Source: Mobula hypostoma (lineage: Eukaryota). From it: a stretch of DNA of 64,000 nucleotides. The stretch is from assembly GCF_963921235.1 (NCBI RefSeq), contig NC_086097.1, forward strand, positions 187,614,001 to 187,678,000. Direction: 5' to 3'. This document shows positions 13,045 through 26,419 of this stretch, piece after piece. The position numbers were made by a program, and so were the translations under genes. The notes under the pieces were generated by a model that was not told where the DNA came from, ran no database searches, and worked only from the letters and a program-made list of their open reading frames with translations. How positions within the stretch are numbered: the stretch's first letter is position 1; every line of letters starts with the position of its first letter.

Positions 13045-13478
13045 TTCAAGGCAGACAACGGTGTAGTACCAGTGTACAGATACCAGGTAGGATCATAGGT
13101 TTGGGGATCCTGGGGATCATAGGTTTGCACCTCCGGTGGACTGTATCCTCTGCAGGGCACAAGCCTGGGTGGGAAGATTTGAAGAACTGGCTGTTGCCCA
13201 TGCAGTGGGTTCCCCCTCTGTACGTCACTGATGTAATCCAAGGGAAGGGCAAGCGCCAATGCAGCTTGGCATCAGTGTCGTCGCAGAGGATGCCAGAGTG
13301 AAGTTGTAAATAACATCAAACTACTTAGTGACCCCAGCTCCAGATTTCTTCCTCGGGGTGTATTCCCAAAGCCTTTGCCATGGGTGGGTATGGCTGCAAG
13401 GCAGCGGAGGTTTAAAATCAGAGTTTTCCTTCTGCTAGGTGGGCTGCCGTCCAAGGCTGACGAGCCCACCTGCCCGAA
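13045..13478 (-). mobile_element. RTE-related non-autonomous element (5' UTR-like fragment)
   Basis: The minus strand GGGCTCGTCAGCCTTGGACGGCAGCCCACCTAGCAGAAGGAAAACTCTGATTTTAAACCTCCGCTGCCTTGC is typical of vertebrate RTE 5' regions. Confidence 0.6.
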
Positions 13479-16400
13479 TGTACAGGGACACACTTAGAAT
13501 GATTAAACTATCTGTTCATCTGTCCCTATTTGAAATGAATACTGTACCTGGCATTTCCTATCACCAGACAGAATAACAGAAGTCCTGAAGCTGCTGCTTC
13601 AGTGTAACTTTAGAAGTTAAAGTAAACCCCAGAAATGGAGAAAGTGAGTGATAATAATGTTCCAATATTAAGTGCATCTTATGCCAACTAACTAACCAGC
13701 AGATAGATTCAGGATGTCAGTATCACAGTTATGTCTGAAGTGGACAGTAATAGAGAAGAAAAATTCTTCTATTATTTAAAATGACCTTGGCATTGGCTCA
13801 TTGCATTCTGTTTTGACTGTATACAATGTTGATACGTGGTAAATTATTTAAACAGGTTGTAGGGGAAATGAATTGCATCAGAGATCTAATAAGTAATTGA
13901 AGAGAGCTCCAGTATGACGTCAAAAAGAATTCAACTGGTGTCAAGTTCTCAACAACCTCATCTGGTTTGGCTGGATGTTGTAGTTCCAGTACAGATGTGA
14001 ATATTTTCTGACATTATTAGCAAAGCCCTGTGAGCAGAATGGTTTATGTTTTACAAAGTTTCATTCAAAGAGCATTTCCTGACCTTCTTGTGCATTTATC
14101 ACTTTAATAGTGTTATGAAAAATGAAACTACTTCCCATTATGATTTCAGATACTTTTCAGTCTATGAATTTGTATTAGGTTTTCCACAAAGATTAAATGC
14201 ATGATCATGCAGAGAAGATAGTAAATAAGAAAAAATATTAGCATAGTCTCCAGAGGTTTACAATGAAAGCAAGAAGAGAAAAGTAGTGTTGTTGTAAATG
14301 CAGGAAATGCCATGTTCAGTGGAAACTCAAAGATATCCGGTGGATTTTCGCACAATCAGCATGACCCATCTTTGTCATTCAATGTAACTCTTCCACAGTG
14401 ACATTTCTTTTAGAATTTTTTTAGAACAAAGTCATGTAGCCAGGTGTAAAACTGCATGATTTTGTACCAAGTACTAATAACAGGAAAACGAACAGCAGGC
14501 ACATCTTAGTCTCTACACTAGTGCAATGTTCTGATGCAAATGCTGAACAGATCAGCATTCCTCGAGGAGCTCAAATGGAACAATAAGCCATTTGTTGGCT
14601 GTACTGTCATTCTCAAACTGTTCTTCTAATCTTACTTAACTTCAAATTTGGTTTGAATTCCATTTTTCCTGTTGTTCCAAGAGGTTGTCGTTTTGCTTTG
14701 ATGCATTTTGTACTCACTAGCAGAAGGAGTCTTTGCAATGAGCCTCAGAGCACTTCCCCTTTTCAAGAACCCACTTTTAACACTTGGCTCAGTCAGATGC
14801 AGAATAAAGCTCCATTTTTTTCAGCTTAATAGCATCCCATGACCCTAGCCTCAGAAATGCATCCCTATTGCAGCCATATAACAGTTTCAATTTTCCACAT
14901 CAGTGATCCTTCCTCTCCAGGTGAGACTGCCAATTCAAGGGTACAATTTTCAAATGTGCTGTTTATAGTATATGCCAGGATCACGCTTCACAGAGTAACA
15001 TCTCCACAATTGGAAATTTTCTGAACATTAACCTGATAGATTAAAAATTGTGGATTTTGAGTATATAACACTGTGATACAGTAAATGCTCCTAGTACATA
15101 ATGTGGGAAGATTCTCACCCAGGATTGATATGTATATTAAGGTAGTTTGGTGTAGCTCAAATAATTGTACTGGATTGGTTTCAGTCACATATGGAATATG
15201 GATGTCTTGCAGCTAACTGGTAAAATGATATTCTGAAAGGAGAGGGAGAGCAAGAGGTCACGTTCATGTTGGTAGTTAAGACAAAGGTCCTGTCTGAATG
15301 GTGACTTGGAACCATTCCAGTTTGCCTACCAAAGCAACAGCTCTACAGCAGATGCTATCTTGTTGGCTCTTCACACAACCCTGGAACATCTGGACAGCAA
15401 AGATACATGTATCAGGATGCTCGTTATCAATTACAGCTTGGCATTTAACACCATCATCCCTTCAAAACTAATCAGCCCTGGATCTCAATACCTCCTTGTG
15501 CAAATGGATCCTGGATTTCCTCATTTGTAGAACCCAATCTGTCCGGATTGGCAAAAACAACTCCTCCACAATTTCCATCAGCACAGGAACACTGTAGGTA
15601 TGTGTACTTAATCCCCTGTTCTAGTCACTCTACACCTATAACTGTGTGGCTAAGTACAGCTCCAACACCATATACAAGTTTGCTGATGACACCACTGTTG
15701 TGGGCTGTATCAAAGGGGTGATGAATCAGCATACAGAAGACAGATTGAAAACTTGGCTGAGTGGTATAATAACAACAACCTCTCACTCTATGTCAATAAG
15801 ACCAAAGAACTGATTGTAGACTTCAGGAGGGGGAAACCAGAGGTCCATGAGCCAGTAATCATCAGAGGATCAGAGGTGGACAAGGTTAGCAACTTTAAAT
15901 TCCTGTGTGCCACTATCTCAGAGGGCCTGTCTGGGACCCATCTTATAAATATCATTGCAAAGAAGGCATGAAAGCCCATGTATTTCCTCAGGAGTCTGTG
16001 GTGGTTTGGCATGTCATCGAAAACCTTGGCAAACTTCTATAGATGTGCGGCGGGAAGTGTACTGACTGGCTGTATTATGGCCTGGTATGGGAACCCAATG
16101 CCTTTTAGCGGAAAATCCTACAAAAGGTAGTGGATTCATCCCACTTCATCTTGATAAAACCCTCCCAACCATTGAGCACATCTACATGAAACATTACCAT
16201 AGAAAAGCAGTATCTATCATGAAAGATCCTCACCACCCAGGCCATGCTCTTTTCTCACTGCTACCTGGAGCAGAAGGTACAGGTGCCTCAGGGGATACAC
16301 AATCAGGTTCAAGAACACTTATTACCCTTGAGTCATCGGCTCTTAAATAAAAAAGGGATAGCTACACTCACTAAGGACTCTGTTATATTGTTATTTCATG

Positions 16401-16492
16401 CTTGTTATTTATATCTGCATTTGCACAGATTGTTTACAGTTAACAGTTCCTGATGTTTACAGTTACTGGTCTACAGATTTGCTAAGTATTCC

Positions 16493-19400
16493 ATAAGACC
16501 ATAAGACAAAGGAGCAGAAGTAGACCATTCGGCCCATCGAGTCTGCTCTGCCATTTTATCATGAGCTGATCCATTTTATCCTATTTAGTCCCACTGCCCC
16601 GCCTTCTCACCATAACCTTTGATGCCCTGGCTACTCAGATACCTATCAATCTCTGCCTTAAATACGCCCAATGACTTGGCCTCCACTGCTGCCCGTGGCA
16701 ACAAATTCCATAGATTCACCACCCTCTGACTAAAAAAATTTCTTCACATTTCTGTTCTGAAAGGGCGCCCTTCAATCCTGAAGTCATGCCCTCTCGTACT
16801 GGACTCCCCCATCATGGGAAACAACTTTGCCACATCCACTCTGTCCATGCCTTTTAACATTCGAAATGTTTCTATAAGGTCTCCCCTCATTCTTCTAAAC
16901 TCCAAGGAATACAGTCCAAGAGCGGACAAACGTTCCTCATATGTTAACCCTCTCATTCCCGGAATCATTCTCGTGAATCTTCTCTGTACCCTCTCCAACA
17001 TCAGCACATCCTTTCTTAAATAAGGAGACCAAAACTGCCCACAGTACTCCAAGTGAGGTCTCACCAGCGCCTTATAGAGGCTCAACATCACATCTCTGCT
17101 CCTATACTCTATTCCTCTAGAAATGAATGCCAACATTGCATTCACCTTCTTCACTACTGACTCAACCTGGAGGTTAACTTTAAGGGAATTCTGTACGAGG
17201 ACTCCCAAGTCCCGTTGCATCTCAGAACTTTGAATTCTTTCCCCACTTAAATAATAGTCTGCCCGTTTATTTTTTCTGCCAAAGTGCATAACCATACACT
17301 TTCCAACATTGTACTTCATTTGCCACTTCTCTGCCCATTCTTCCAATCTATCCAAGTCTCTCTGCAGACTCTCCGTTTCCTCAGCACTACCGGCCCCTCC
17401 ACCTATCATCGTATCGTTAGCAAACTTAGCCACAAAGCCATCTATTCCATAATCCAGATCATTGATGTACAATGTAAAAAGAAGCGGCCCCAACACTGAT
17501 CCCTGTGGAACACCACTGGTAACCGGCAGCCAACCAGAATAGGATCCCTTTATTCCCACTCTCTGTTTCCTGCCAATCAGCCAACGCTCTATCCACGTAT
17601 GTAACTTTCCCGTAATTCCATGGGCTCTTATCTTGTTAAGTAGCCTCATGTGTGGCACCTTGTCAAACGCCTTCTGAAAATCCAAATTTACAACATCCAC
17701 TGCATCTCCCTTGTCTAGCCTACTGGTAATTTCCTCAAAAAATTGTAATAGGTTTGTCAGGCAGGATTTTCCTTTAAGGAATCCATGCAGAGTTCTGCCT
17801 ATCTTATCATATGCCTCCAGGTACTCTGTAACCTCATCCTTGACAATTGACTCCAACAACTTCCCAACCACCAACGTCAAGCTAACAGGTCTCTAATTTC
17901 CTTTTTGCCTCCTTGCCCCCTTCTTAAATAGCGGAGTGACATTTGCAATCTTCCAGTCTTCCGGAACCATGCCAGAATGTATCGACTTTTGAAAGATCAT
18001 CGCTAATGCCTCCGTAATCTCCACAGCTACTTCCTTCAGAACACGAGGCTGCATTCCATCTGGTCCAGTAGATTTATTGACCTTTAGCCTATCCAGCTTC
18101 CTGAGTACTTTCTCTGTCGTAATTGTGACTGCGCACACTTCTCTTCCCTGCCACCCTTGAGTGTCCGGTATCCTGCTGTCTTCCTCAGTGAAGACTGATG
18201 CAAAATACTTGTTCAGTTCCTCTGCCATCTCCTCATCTCCCATTACAATTTCTCCAGTATCATTTTCTATCGGTCCTATATCTACTCTCACCTGTCTTTT
18301 ACTCTTTATATACTTGAAAAAGCTTTCAGTATCCTCTTCGATATTATTTGCTAGTTTCCTTTCATAGTTAATCTTTTCTCTCTTAATGACCTTCTTGGTT
18401 TCCTTTGTAAGGTTTTAAAAACTTCCCAATCCTCTGTCTTCCCACGAATTTTTGCTTCCTTATATGCCCTCTCCTTTACTTTAACTTTGGCTTTGACTTC
18501 TCTTGTCAACCACGGTTGCATCCCTTTTCCACTCGAAAATTTCTTCTTTTTTGGAATATACCTGTCTTGCACATTCCTCATTTTTCGCATAAACTCCAGC
18601 CACTGCTGCTCTGCCGTCTTTCCCGCCAGTGTCTCTTTCCAGTCAACTTTGGCCAGTTCCTCTCTCATGCCACTGTAATTTCCTTTACTCCACTGAAACA
18701 CTGACACATCAGATTTCGGCTTCTCTTTTTCTAATTTCACAGTGAACTCAATTATGTTATGATCACTGCCTCCTAAGGGTTCCTTCACCTCAATCTCTCC
18801 AATCACCTCCGGTTCATTACGCAATACCCAATCCAGTACAGCTGATCCCCTAGTGGGCTCAACAACAAGCTGTTCTAAAAAGCCATCTCGCAGACATTCT
18901 ACAAATTCTCTCTCTTGAGATCCAGTGCCGACCTGATTTTTCCAATCTACTCGCATGTTAAAATCCCCCACAATTATCATAACACTGCCCTTCTGACAAG
19001 CCTTTTCTATTTCCAGTTGTAATTTGTAGTCCACATCCCTGCAGCTGTTTGGAGGCCTATAAATAACTGCCATCAGGGTCTTTTTACCCCTGCTATTCCT
19101 TAGCTCAACCCATAAAGATTCTGCACCTTCCGATCCTATATCACCTCTTTCTAATGATTTAATATTATTTCTTACCAATAAAGCCACGCCTCCCCCTCTG
19201 CCTACCTTCCTATCCTTCCGATACACCGTGTATCCTTGGACGTTCAGCTCCCAGAGACATGCATCCTTTAGCAAGGTCTCAGTGATGGCCACAATATCAT
19301 ACCTGCCAATCTGTAGCTGTACAACAAGATCATCCACCTTATTCCTTATGCTGCGTGCATTTAAGTACAACACCTTAAGACCAGTATTTGATACTTTTTG

Positions 19401-19507
19401 CTTTGATTTCACTGCAACTTTATTGCACTGCAACTCATCCCAATGGCTACACATTTGCCCCATCACCTGCCTGTCTTTCCTGACATCTTTACTGCTCACT
19501 ATCTTAG
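16493..19507 (-). mobile_element. Young CR1 (HER1-like) LINE covering all of ORF2 plus the 3' UTR
   Basis: APE and RT ORFs, a (TCTTATGG)n tail at 16491, and ATTCC repeated at 16488-16492 and 19508-19512. Confidence 0.95.
16585..19499 (-). pseudogene. CR1 ORF2 (APE endonuclease-reverse transcriptase), disrupted
   Basis: YLNARSIRNK, AITET, GGGVAL, GDFN and GSDH (APE); LDFQKAFDKV and GVPQGSVLGP (RT). One frameshift near 18405, stops at 17893 and 16744, and FANDT in place of FADDT. Confidence 0.95.
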
Positions 19508-19594
19508 ATTCCCGCAGAAAAAGAATCTCAGGGTTGTGTGTAGTGACACGTATGTACTCTGATAATAAGTTTTACTTCGAACTTTGAACTTAGA

Positions 19595-21280
19595 GGTAAA
19601 AAAAGATAGGAAGTCCTGAAAAGGGATTCGAGGGAACAAGGTTGTAATCTTGAGAATATTCCCCATACCATGGGCTAGTGCATACAGAAATAAGAAGATA
19701 GGACATCTGAATGTGTAGTAAGGAGCTAATGGAAGGCGAAGGGCTTCAGGTATTTGGATTGCTGGGATGTTTTCTGGGCAGATGTTACTTGTACAAGATA
19801 ACCAGATTGTTTCTGAACTGATGGAAGACCAATATCTAAGCATAGATTTTGCTAGAGCTGGTCAGGAGGATTTAAACTGATGAACGACAGTGTTGCAGCT
19901 AAGGAGACAGAACCACATGTAGAAGAGTGAATGGGAAAGTCCGGTGGTCAGAGCACATACAGCCAGACAGAGAAGCATGAGGCCAGGTAGGTTTAACTGT
20001 ATTTAGTTTAATCCAATGAAATTTGCAAATAAAACAGGTGATCTGAGAGCATAAATAAGCTCAAAGGATTATGATATTATTGCAATAATAGAAACATGGA
20101 AGGAAGGGCAAGACTAGCAGTTCAATATTCTACAGTACAAATGTTTTAGGCATGAGTGGTATTACTCTGCCAATCAATATTGCGATTGTAAATTAGGGGA
20201 AGGCTGATATAAATAGTATAAGACAGGACCTGGTGAATATAGATTGTGAGCAGCTGCTAAAGGGTGAGTAAAAAATGTTAAATAAGTGGGAGGCATTTAA
20301 AGGTGATATAGTAAGAATACAATGTCAGACTGTCCCTGCAAGGGTTAAGTAAAGAAATAAATAAAGGAAATAGAAGTTTTAATCAAGGAAAAAGTAGGAA
20401 GCGTTAGACACATGTTAGGCACAGGCAATTGGTGCCAAATGAGTCCTTTTGAAGTTTATAAGCAATATAAAAGAGAACTGGAGAAAGAAGGCAAAAAGGA
20501 GTTATGAAATGGCATTGACAAGCAGGATCAAAAAAACCCCCCAAACCTTTTAGGTACAGTATATTAGAAGCAAAAGAGTAGCTCCTCTCAGGTACCAAAG
20601 GGGTAATCTATGTGTGGAACCAGGGGATAGAAGTGGGATACAAAAGCAATATTTCTCATCTGTATTTACCAGGGAGAAAGATGTAGAAGATGAAGAGTTA
20701 TTTATGGGCAAGGTACACTGATACTCTGCAGCTTCTTTTCTCAGGAATATGGAAGTATTAAAGGTATTGGGACAGATCAAGCTGGATAAATCATCAGGGC
20801 CTGACCGGATCTTTCCCATGATGCAATGGGAATCAAGGGAGAAGTAACACACACACGAAATGCTGGATGAACTCAGCAGGTCAGGCAGCATCTACGGAAA
20901 GGAATAAAGCTTGGTCTGATAGAGATTTTTGTATCTTTGCTTGCCTTTGCTGAAGACTGGAGGATAGTAACTATTATTCCTTATTCGAAAGGGCAGTGGG
21001 GATAACCAGAAAACCACAAGCTAATGTTTCTAAGGTATCCTGTTCATTAACATTTTTCCAATAATTACCAATAGTAGGGAAATTATAGGAAAAAAATCTA
21101 AGGAACTGATTTATGCTCAATGGAAAGGAAAGGACTGATGAAAGGGAGCCAGCATGGTTTTAAGTAGAAAAATAATGTCTCACGTCTGAATGAGGATTTT
21201 AAGGCAATGAAATAAATTGAGGGCAGGACACTAGACCTGGCATACATAAATTTAGCAGTACCTTTGACAAACAGGGAGGA
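19595..21280 (+). mobile_element. Old, heavily deleted CR1 LINE (end of ORF1 plus ORF2 pieces)
   Basis: GATTATGATATTATTGCAATAATAGAAACATGG (DYDIIAIIETW), GATAAATCATCAGGGCCTGAC (DKSSGPD), GAAGACTGGAGG (EDWR) and AGCCAGCATGGTTTT (SQHGF) appear in CR1 order. Confidence 0.75.
20846..20910 (-). mobile_element. Single arm of the Penelope-derived terminal repeat
   Basis: AACACACACACGAAATGCTGGATGAACTCAGCAGGTCAGGCAGCATCTACGGAAAGG, inserted in the old CR1. Confidence 0.8.
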
Positions 21281-22869
21281 TGTATTGGAGGTTTTGAATT
21301 GTATTAAGGGCCTAAATCCAATACCACAATATCTAGTAGCACTTAAAGTTTCACTGTTTAGAATATTTCTGTGGATGCCCAATAATACTGGTAATTACAA
21401 AATCTTTGAAGTCATTAACACCTTTTAAAATTTAAGTTACTTTCCCACATTCACACAATTTTGACTTTTGTCGATAAGGTAAAGTGGCCAACGTAGTCTT
21501 GGTTAATAATTAAACATCTCAGCTCCTGCGTATTTTCCTGATGGAAATGAGGATCTGGGAAGTTGTTTAATCAGTGCCTTAGACAAAATTCAGGATTTTT
21601 TGATCTTAACCAAACATCTAATTTATGACCCATTAGTATCACTAGGTGCTAAATCTCCCTGAATTTTATGCCTAAACCTATGGTATTGTTAATTTTTAAT
21701 GCTGATTAGAATACTGAATGCCTCGATCTGCAATCGATTTCCATTTTTATTTCTATTCACCAGATTGAACACAACTGCCCAGTTTTCTCTCTTCAATCAC
21801 CTTCCATACTCTCCATAGCAATGTCCTTAGCTTTTCTGGAGAGAAGGATGGAAAATTATACCCAAAGCCATTGAGCTCTGTCTTATAATTAAGGTTTTCT
21901 CTGCATGAGAATAAGACTAGTTGAATTTCATTTATCTCCCCTGTTATTCTCTCTCCTTAATGTCTCCTTCATTGGAACATTTTATTTTGGCTTGACCAAT
22001 TCATTTATTTCTTTCTAAGCAGCTTGAATCTAGCCAAACAACATTTGGCTGGAGCCGACTACTCTAAATTCCACATGTGTGCTGTCTATTCAGTCCTCAA
22101 CCCTGTAATCTCATAGTCCTTCCTTCACATTACCTTTCCACCTGTACAACTGTGTATGTGGCACAGGCTGAATTAAATCAATGGCAATGCGAAATAGGTT
22201 TAATTTATCTGCTTCAATACAAAGTGTTTGGAAAGGAATAACAGAATTATTCTAACTGAAGTGTAACTTATTTGAATTGGTTTTCTGATGATTTATAGTA
22301 GGTTTATGTCTTTACACTGTATTGCTGGCACAGAACAACAAACTTCTCATCTTATAAGACAGTGATAATAAACCAGATTCAAATTCTGAATCCTTGCTGA
22401 AGGTAATAGTGTCTGAGGTTATCAAGAGCCATTGATCAATAGTGGCTTGATGCTCACACAGAGGGAGTGGAATTAGGGTATTTGCAGGGCAGCAGTAAAA
22501 TAAGAAATCTTTGGACTTTGCTGCTCCTGTTCAATTGAATGCCAAGAATGCAAAGGAACACATTTTAACATCATTTCCTACCTGACAGCAGAGTGACCAA
22601 TCTTTCTATTCCGACTGCTCAGTGCAAAAGGCAATATAACTGGCTACTGTAAAAAGCCCCTAATATAAATTGGTGGTAGGAGAACTTGGATGGAGCTGAA
22701 GGGGGGGAGTAAATACTAGGTTACAGGAAAATGTAAGGAGTAGAATTAATGGTATTGCTCTGTGAAATAGCACAAGCTTGATGGGCAGAATGACATCTGT
22801 TGTAAGGAAGAGTGTTACTTTCAGTGAAAAACTAAATGTTGTGGTGTAGCGCAATAGATTAAAAATCAT

Positions 22870-23102
22870 TAACAAGAAAAAATCAGCAGACGCTGGAAAT
22901 CCAAGCAACACACACAAAATGCTGGAGGAACTCAGCAGGCCAGGCAGCATCTAGGAAAAGAGCAGTCAACGTTTCAGGCCGAGACACTCAGAAGGAGCAG
23001 CAGGTCCTGCTGAAGGGTCTCAGCCTGAAACGTCGACTGTACTCTTTTCCATCAATGCTGCCAGGCCTGCTGAGTTCCTCCAGCTCTTTGTGTGTGTTGC
23101 TT
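22870..23102. mobile_element. Penelope-derived fold-back element with head-to-head hammerhead-like motifs
   Basis: Arms 22903-22985 and 23017-23102 are inverted copies. The centre has CTGCTGAAGGGTCTCAGCCTGAAACGTCGACTG. Confidence 0.85.
23001..23039 (+). ncRNA. Minimal type I hammerhead-like motif, core variant CUGCUGA
   Basis: caggtc-CTGCTGA-a-GGGT ctca GCCT-GAAA-cg-TC-gactg. The stem I strands are complementary, but core A6 is replaced by C. Confidence 0.55.
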
Positions 23103-23379
23103 AAAATTCACTGACACTTTTTTTGTTCTAATTTCACATGACCTAATAGCCATTTGTGAGGGTAGTAAGGGTTCAACATTCTTGTGGATTTTGATTTACT
23201 TATTGATTACAACCATGAAACACATTAGTGAAAGAGAGGGTCTTTATAACAGTCCAATGATTTTGTAAATGCCAATAGTCATGGCAGCTTTAGAATCATA
23301 GAATCAATAAATTAAATGTTTATTTTCCCAACTGTCATAGTCTGATTTGAATGCACGTTCATTCAGTCTTCTGGGTTAT

Positions 23380-23545
23380 TTTTATTGATTTATTTAGAAA
23401 TACCCCATCGTAACAGGCCCAATAATGCTCAGGTGACCAATGACTGCTAACCCATACGTCTTTGGAATGTGGGAGAAAATGGGAGCACCTGGTAGAAATA
23501 TATGCAGTCACTGGAGAACATACTAACTCGTTACAGACAATGACA
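23380..23545 (-). mobile_element. V-domain SINE fragment (HE1-like)
   Basis: CGTCTTTGGAATGTGGGAGAAAATGGGAGCACCTGGTAGAAA..AGAACATACTAACTC is the reverse complement of the V-SINE central domain. Confidence 0.7.
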
Positions 23546-24540
23546 ATCTGTCTAGTGTATGTGAGCCCCTGCTACAATGGTAAAACAATTTGTTTGGCAA
23601 GGCAGGTTTCTGATTAGATGTTGCAATTTTGTTCATGTTCACTTTCATTCCTGACAATCTCAATTGCATCCCTGGCCATTGTTTCCATTGATACAGTGAT
23701 TTCAACTGCTCTCTCAAATGTGAGTTGTGCTTCAGTTAGGGGCCATTTTTGAATGCTTTCTTGTAAGATCCTACAAACTAAACAATCTCTCAGTGCATCA
23801 TTAAACCCATCACTAAACTGACAATGCACTGCCAATTCAGTCATTCAAGTATGCTGAAACAGACTTCTATTCATTTTGATTCTACTTCTGAAACCTATAG
23901 TATTCTGCATTAATAATGGTTTAGGTTCTAAATATCCCCGCATTACGTTCACGATATCAGCAAAGCTAATTTTGACTGATTTGGTTCGAGCAGTCAAACA
24001 TTTGAGCAAACAGTATGTTCTTCCACCTAAAGCACTCAGCAAAACTGGCACTCATTTCTCATTGGCTACTCCATTTGTTTTAAAATACTACTCATTTCCC
24101 TAGTATATATCAGCCAGTTATCTGTCATGCAATCGGTTACATCTCTCTTTATGATGTAGCCAACCATTTCTGCTCTTTTTTTATTCATTTATGATTACTA
24201 TCACCTGGTACTCCCTGTTTATGAACCAGTGTATTCATCCATTTCTGTCCTTTTTTAATCTGATTGTCTTGCTGTGCTGTTTTTTAACTCAAATGTCCCA
24301 CTGTGCTTTTTTTTAAACTAAAGCAGGTCGCTGCACTTCAACATATAGTTAGTTGTCTCGTATTTATTTAAAGCTTCCTAGTCACCAGTGTGTTTTTTTT
24401 TAACTGAAACATCTTGCCGTGCTCCAACATGTATTTAGTCATCTTGGGTTTATTTAAAACTTCCTTGTCACCACTGTTATGTTTTGTAACTCCAAAACAT
24501 AAAACTAATTGAAAGAAAGCTAATCTTTCATGTTTAATTG
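23546..24540 (-). mobile_element. Gypsy LTR retrotransposon remnant: partial 5' LTR (from 24475), PBS and decayed gag
   Basis: ORF pieces HCQFSDGFNDALRDCLVCRILQESIQKWPLTEAQLTFERAVEI and VLLSALGGRTYCLLKCLTA, plus a decayed Zn knuckle. The minus strand reads ...ATAACA-GTGGTGACAAGG (LTR end then PBS). Confidence 0.85.
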
Positions 24541-25519
24541 GTATACTATAGGCCTCTAAAATCAGATTTAGGTATCTCAGCAGCTTAGAGGATTCCCTTA
24601 AATATTTATTTACGAAGAACCTTCTACTACAGTGATGTACTGATTCCTTCAGAACTCTATCCACTGCCATCTGCCGGCATTTTGGAAGATTGCAAATTTT
24701 GGCCTATGTTCAAATAAAGGTATGATAAATCCAGGCAAATACAGTACTCCAAACTTTCAGTGATTTATTGTTTTATATGTCTTTATTTTCCCTATGCATT
24801 AAACTCAGTATTGAAGGTGACTGTAGAACTTAACTTATTTTTATGTCCATCATAAGCTGATTTGCCATAAAGCAATGTCTCCTCAAGACCATACAAATCC
24901 CTAGGGAAAAATACAGACATTGATTGCTCATTTTAAATTTTTTGGTGGCATGGTGGTAGACAGGGTGGTACTGCACTCACAACAAACTTGATGTTGTATA
25001 TCTTTCACCTAAAGAAGGACATTTACACATATAATTGCATGTGATATTCCAGTGATTTAATAATATTGCAAAACTTAGATCAACCTCCTGGAAATACTGG
25101 AGGATAATCTTTAAAAAAATAATTTTTAAGGAAATTAAAGCTTTAATTATGGACTTGGCATCCTGTAAAATAATGGACATTACTTCCAGGTATAACAGTT
25201 CTCCTCATCTCTCCAATATTGTTTTGCTCTATCACTATTTTACTGACTAAGGTAATCACTGGTACATTGGCATTTATGGTCATGCCCCATCATTCTGTTA
25301 TGAAGGAAATGTCTACCCATTGATAATGAAGGATTAGTGCCTATTTCCACATTAAAATTATATACGAATGGGAGGGGAGCTCTGAAGTCCTTGTAGCCAC
25401 TGCTCCTACCATCTACAGAAAGAGGTGATGAGTTTCAGAGGGCACTGATGAAGACTTTTGAGAGTTTCATTGAATTCTTGGGATGTTTTGTAAAGTTTCC
25501 GGAAAAAAAAACACGAGAG

Positions 25520-25950
25520 ATAGCAACAGAAATCAGCTGCATGTCTCCTTCTGTCTACTCTTCCATTTAATAAGATCATGGCTAATCTTTTGCTTCAGTA
25601 CCAGTTTCTTGCACTAATTCCATATCTCTTGTTTTTCTTAATACTGTATCCATAAATCTGTTGTGATCTAGGCATGTCCCATTTGAAGGGGGTTACACAG
25701 CAAGTTCAGTACCCACTGGGTGATGGAGTTCTTTCTCATCTCAGTCCTAGTCTCCTTTTTTTTTGAGACTAGGCACCTTCATCAGCACCGTCATACATCT
25801 ATGCTGCCAATCACATCCTTCAATGAGATTACCACTCACTCACCAAAACAGTAGAGATTATAGACTCAGTCTGTTTAACCTATGCTAGTTGGACTGCAGT
25901 AGATTTGGTGAACATTTATTTCCATCTCTCTGATGCAGGTTTATTGGTGG
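25520..25950 (-). mobile_element. Old CR1 3' fragment
   Basis: CCATTTAATAAGATCATGGCTAATC, TTTCTCATCTCAGTCCTA and CAATGAGATTACCACTCA are decayed matches to the CR1 3' end. Confidence 0.55.
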
Positions 25951-26419
25951 AGAGACTGAATGCTAATGGATCATGTTTTAAACCCACAAGCCACTGTATT
26001 TTGTGTTGGCATTTAGCTTCTCTATTAATGAAGCATCAATCAATGTGTAGAATATTTTGTCACACTCTTAACTTGTGCTGAACGCTAGTTTCCACTTAGC
26101 AGCCCAGGACTGGATATTATCCAGGTCTGCAGACTTAAGTACGGACTATGCAATTGTATGAGGAATTGCATATTAAAACAAAAATATGGCCAGTCATCAA
26201 CACAAATCTTTAAATCTGACCTTATTGTTAGAAGGAATATCATTGTGAATGTGTTTTTTACTTTGGAAACCATGTTTAGACCAGAGCTGTAATAAGATCT
26301 AGATACAAGTTGTCCTTACAAACTCTAGCTGGAAAACAATGAGTAGATTGATGTCCGATGAAGTTGTTGAAAATGTTGAAAATCTGTTCAATTTTACACA
26401 ATCTTATAATTCCAAATCT

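Larger units (their letters stand above)
15288..19590 (+). mobile_element. Rex1/Babar-type LINE, 5'-truncated (15288-16492 plus 19508-19590), split by a CR1 insertion
   Basis: ORF fragments [32 protein letters not shown], the KFADD coding sequence and NKTKELIVDFRR. The 3' UTR resumes after the CR1 and ends GAACTTTGAACTT. Confidence 0.9.
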
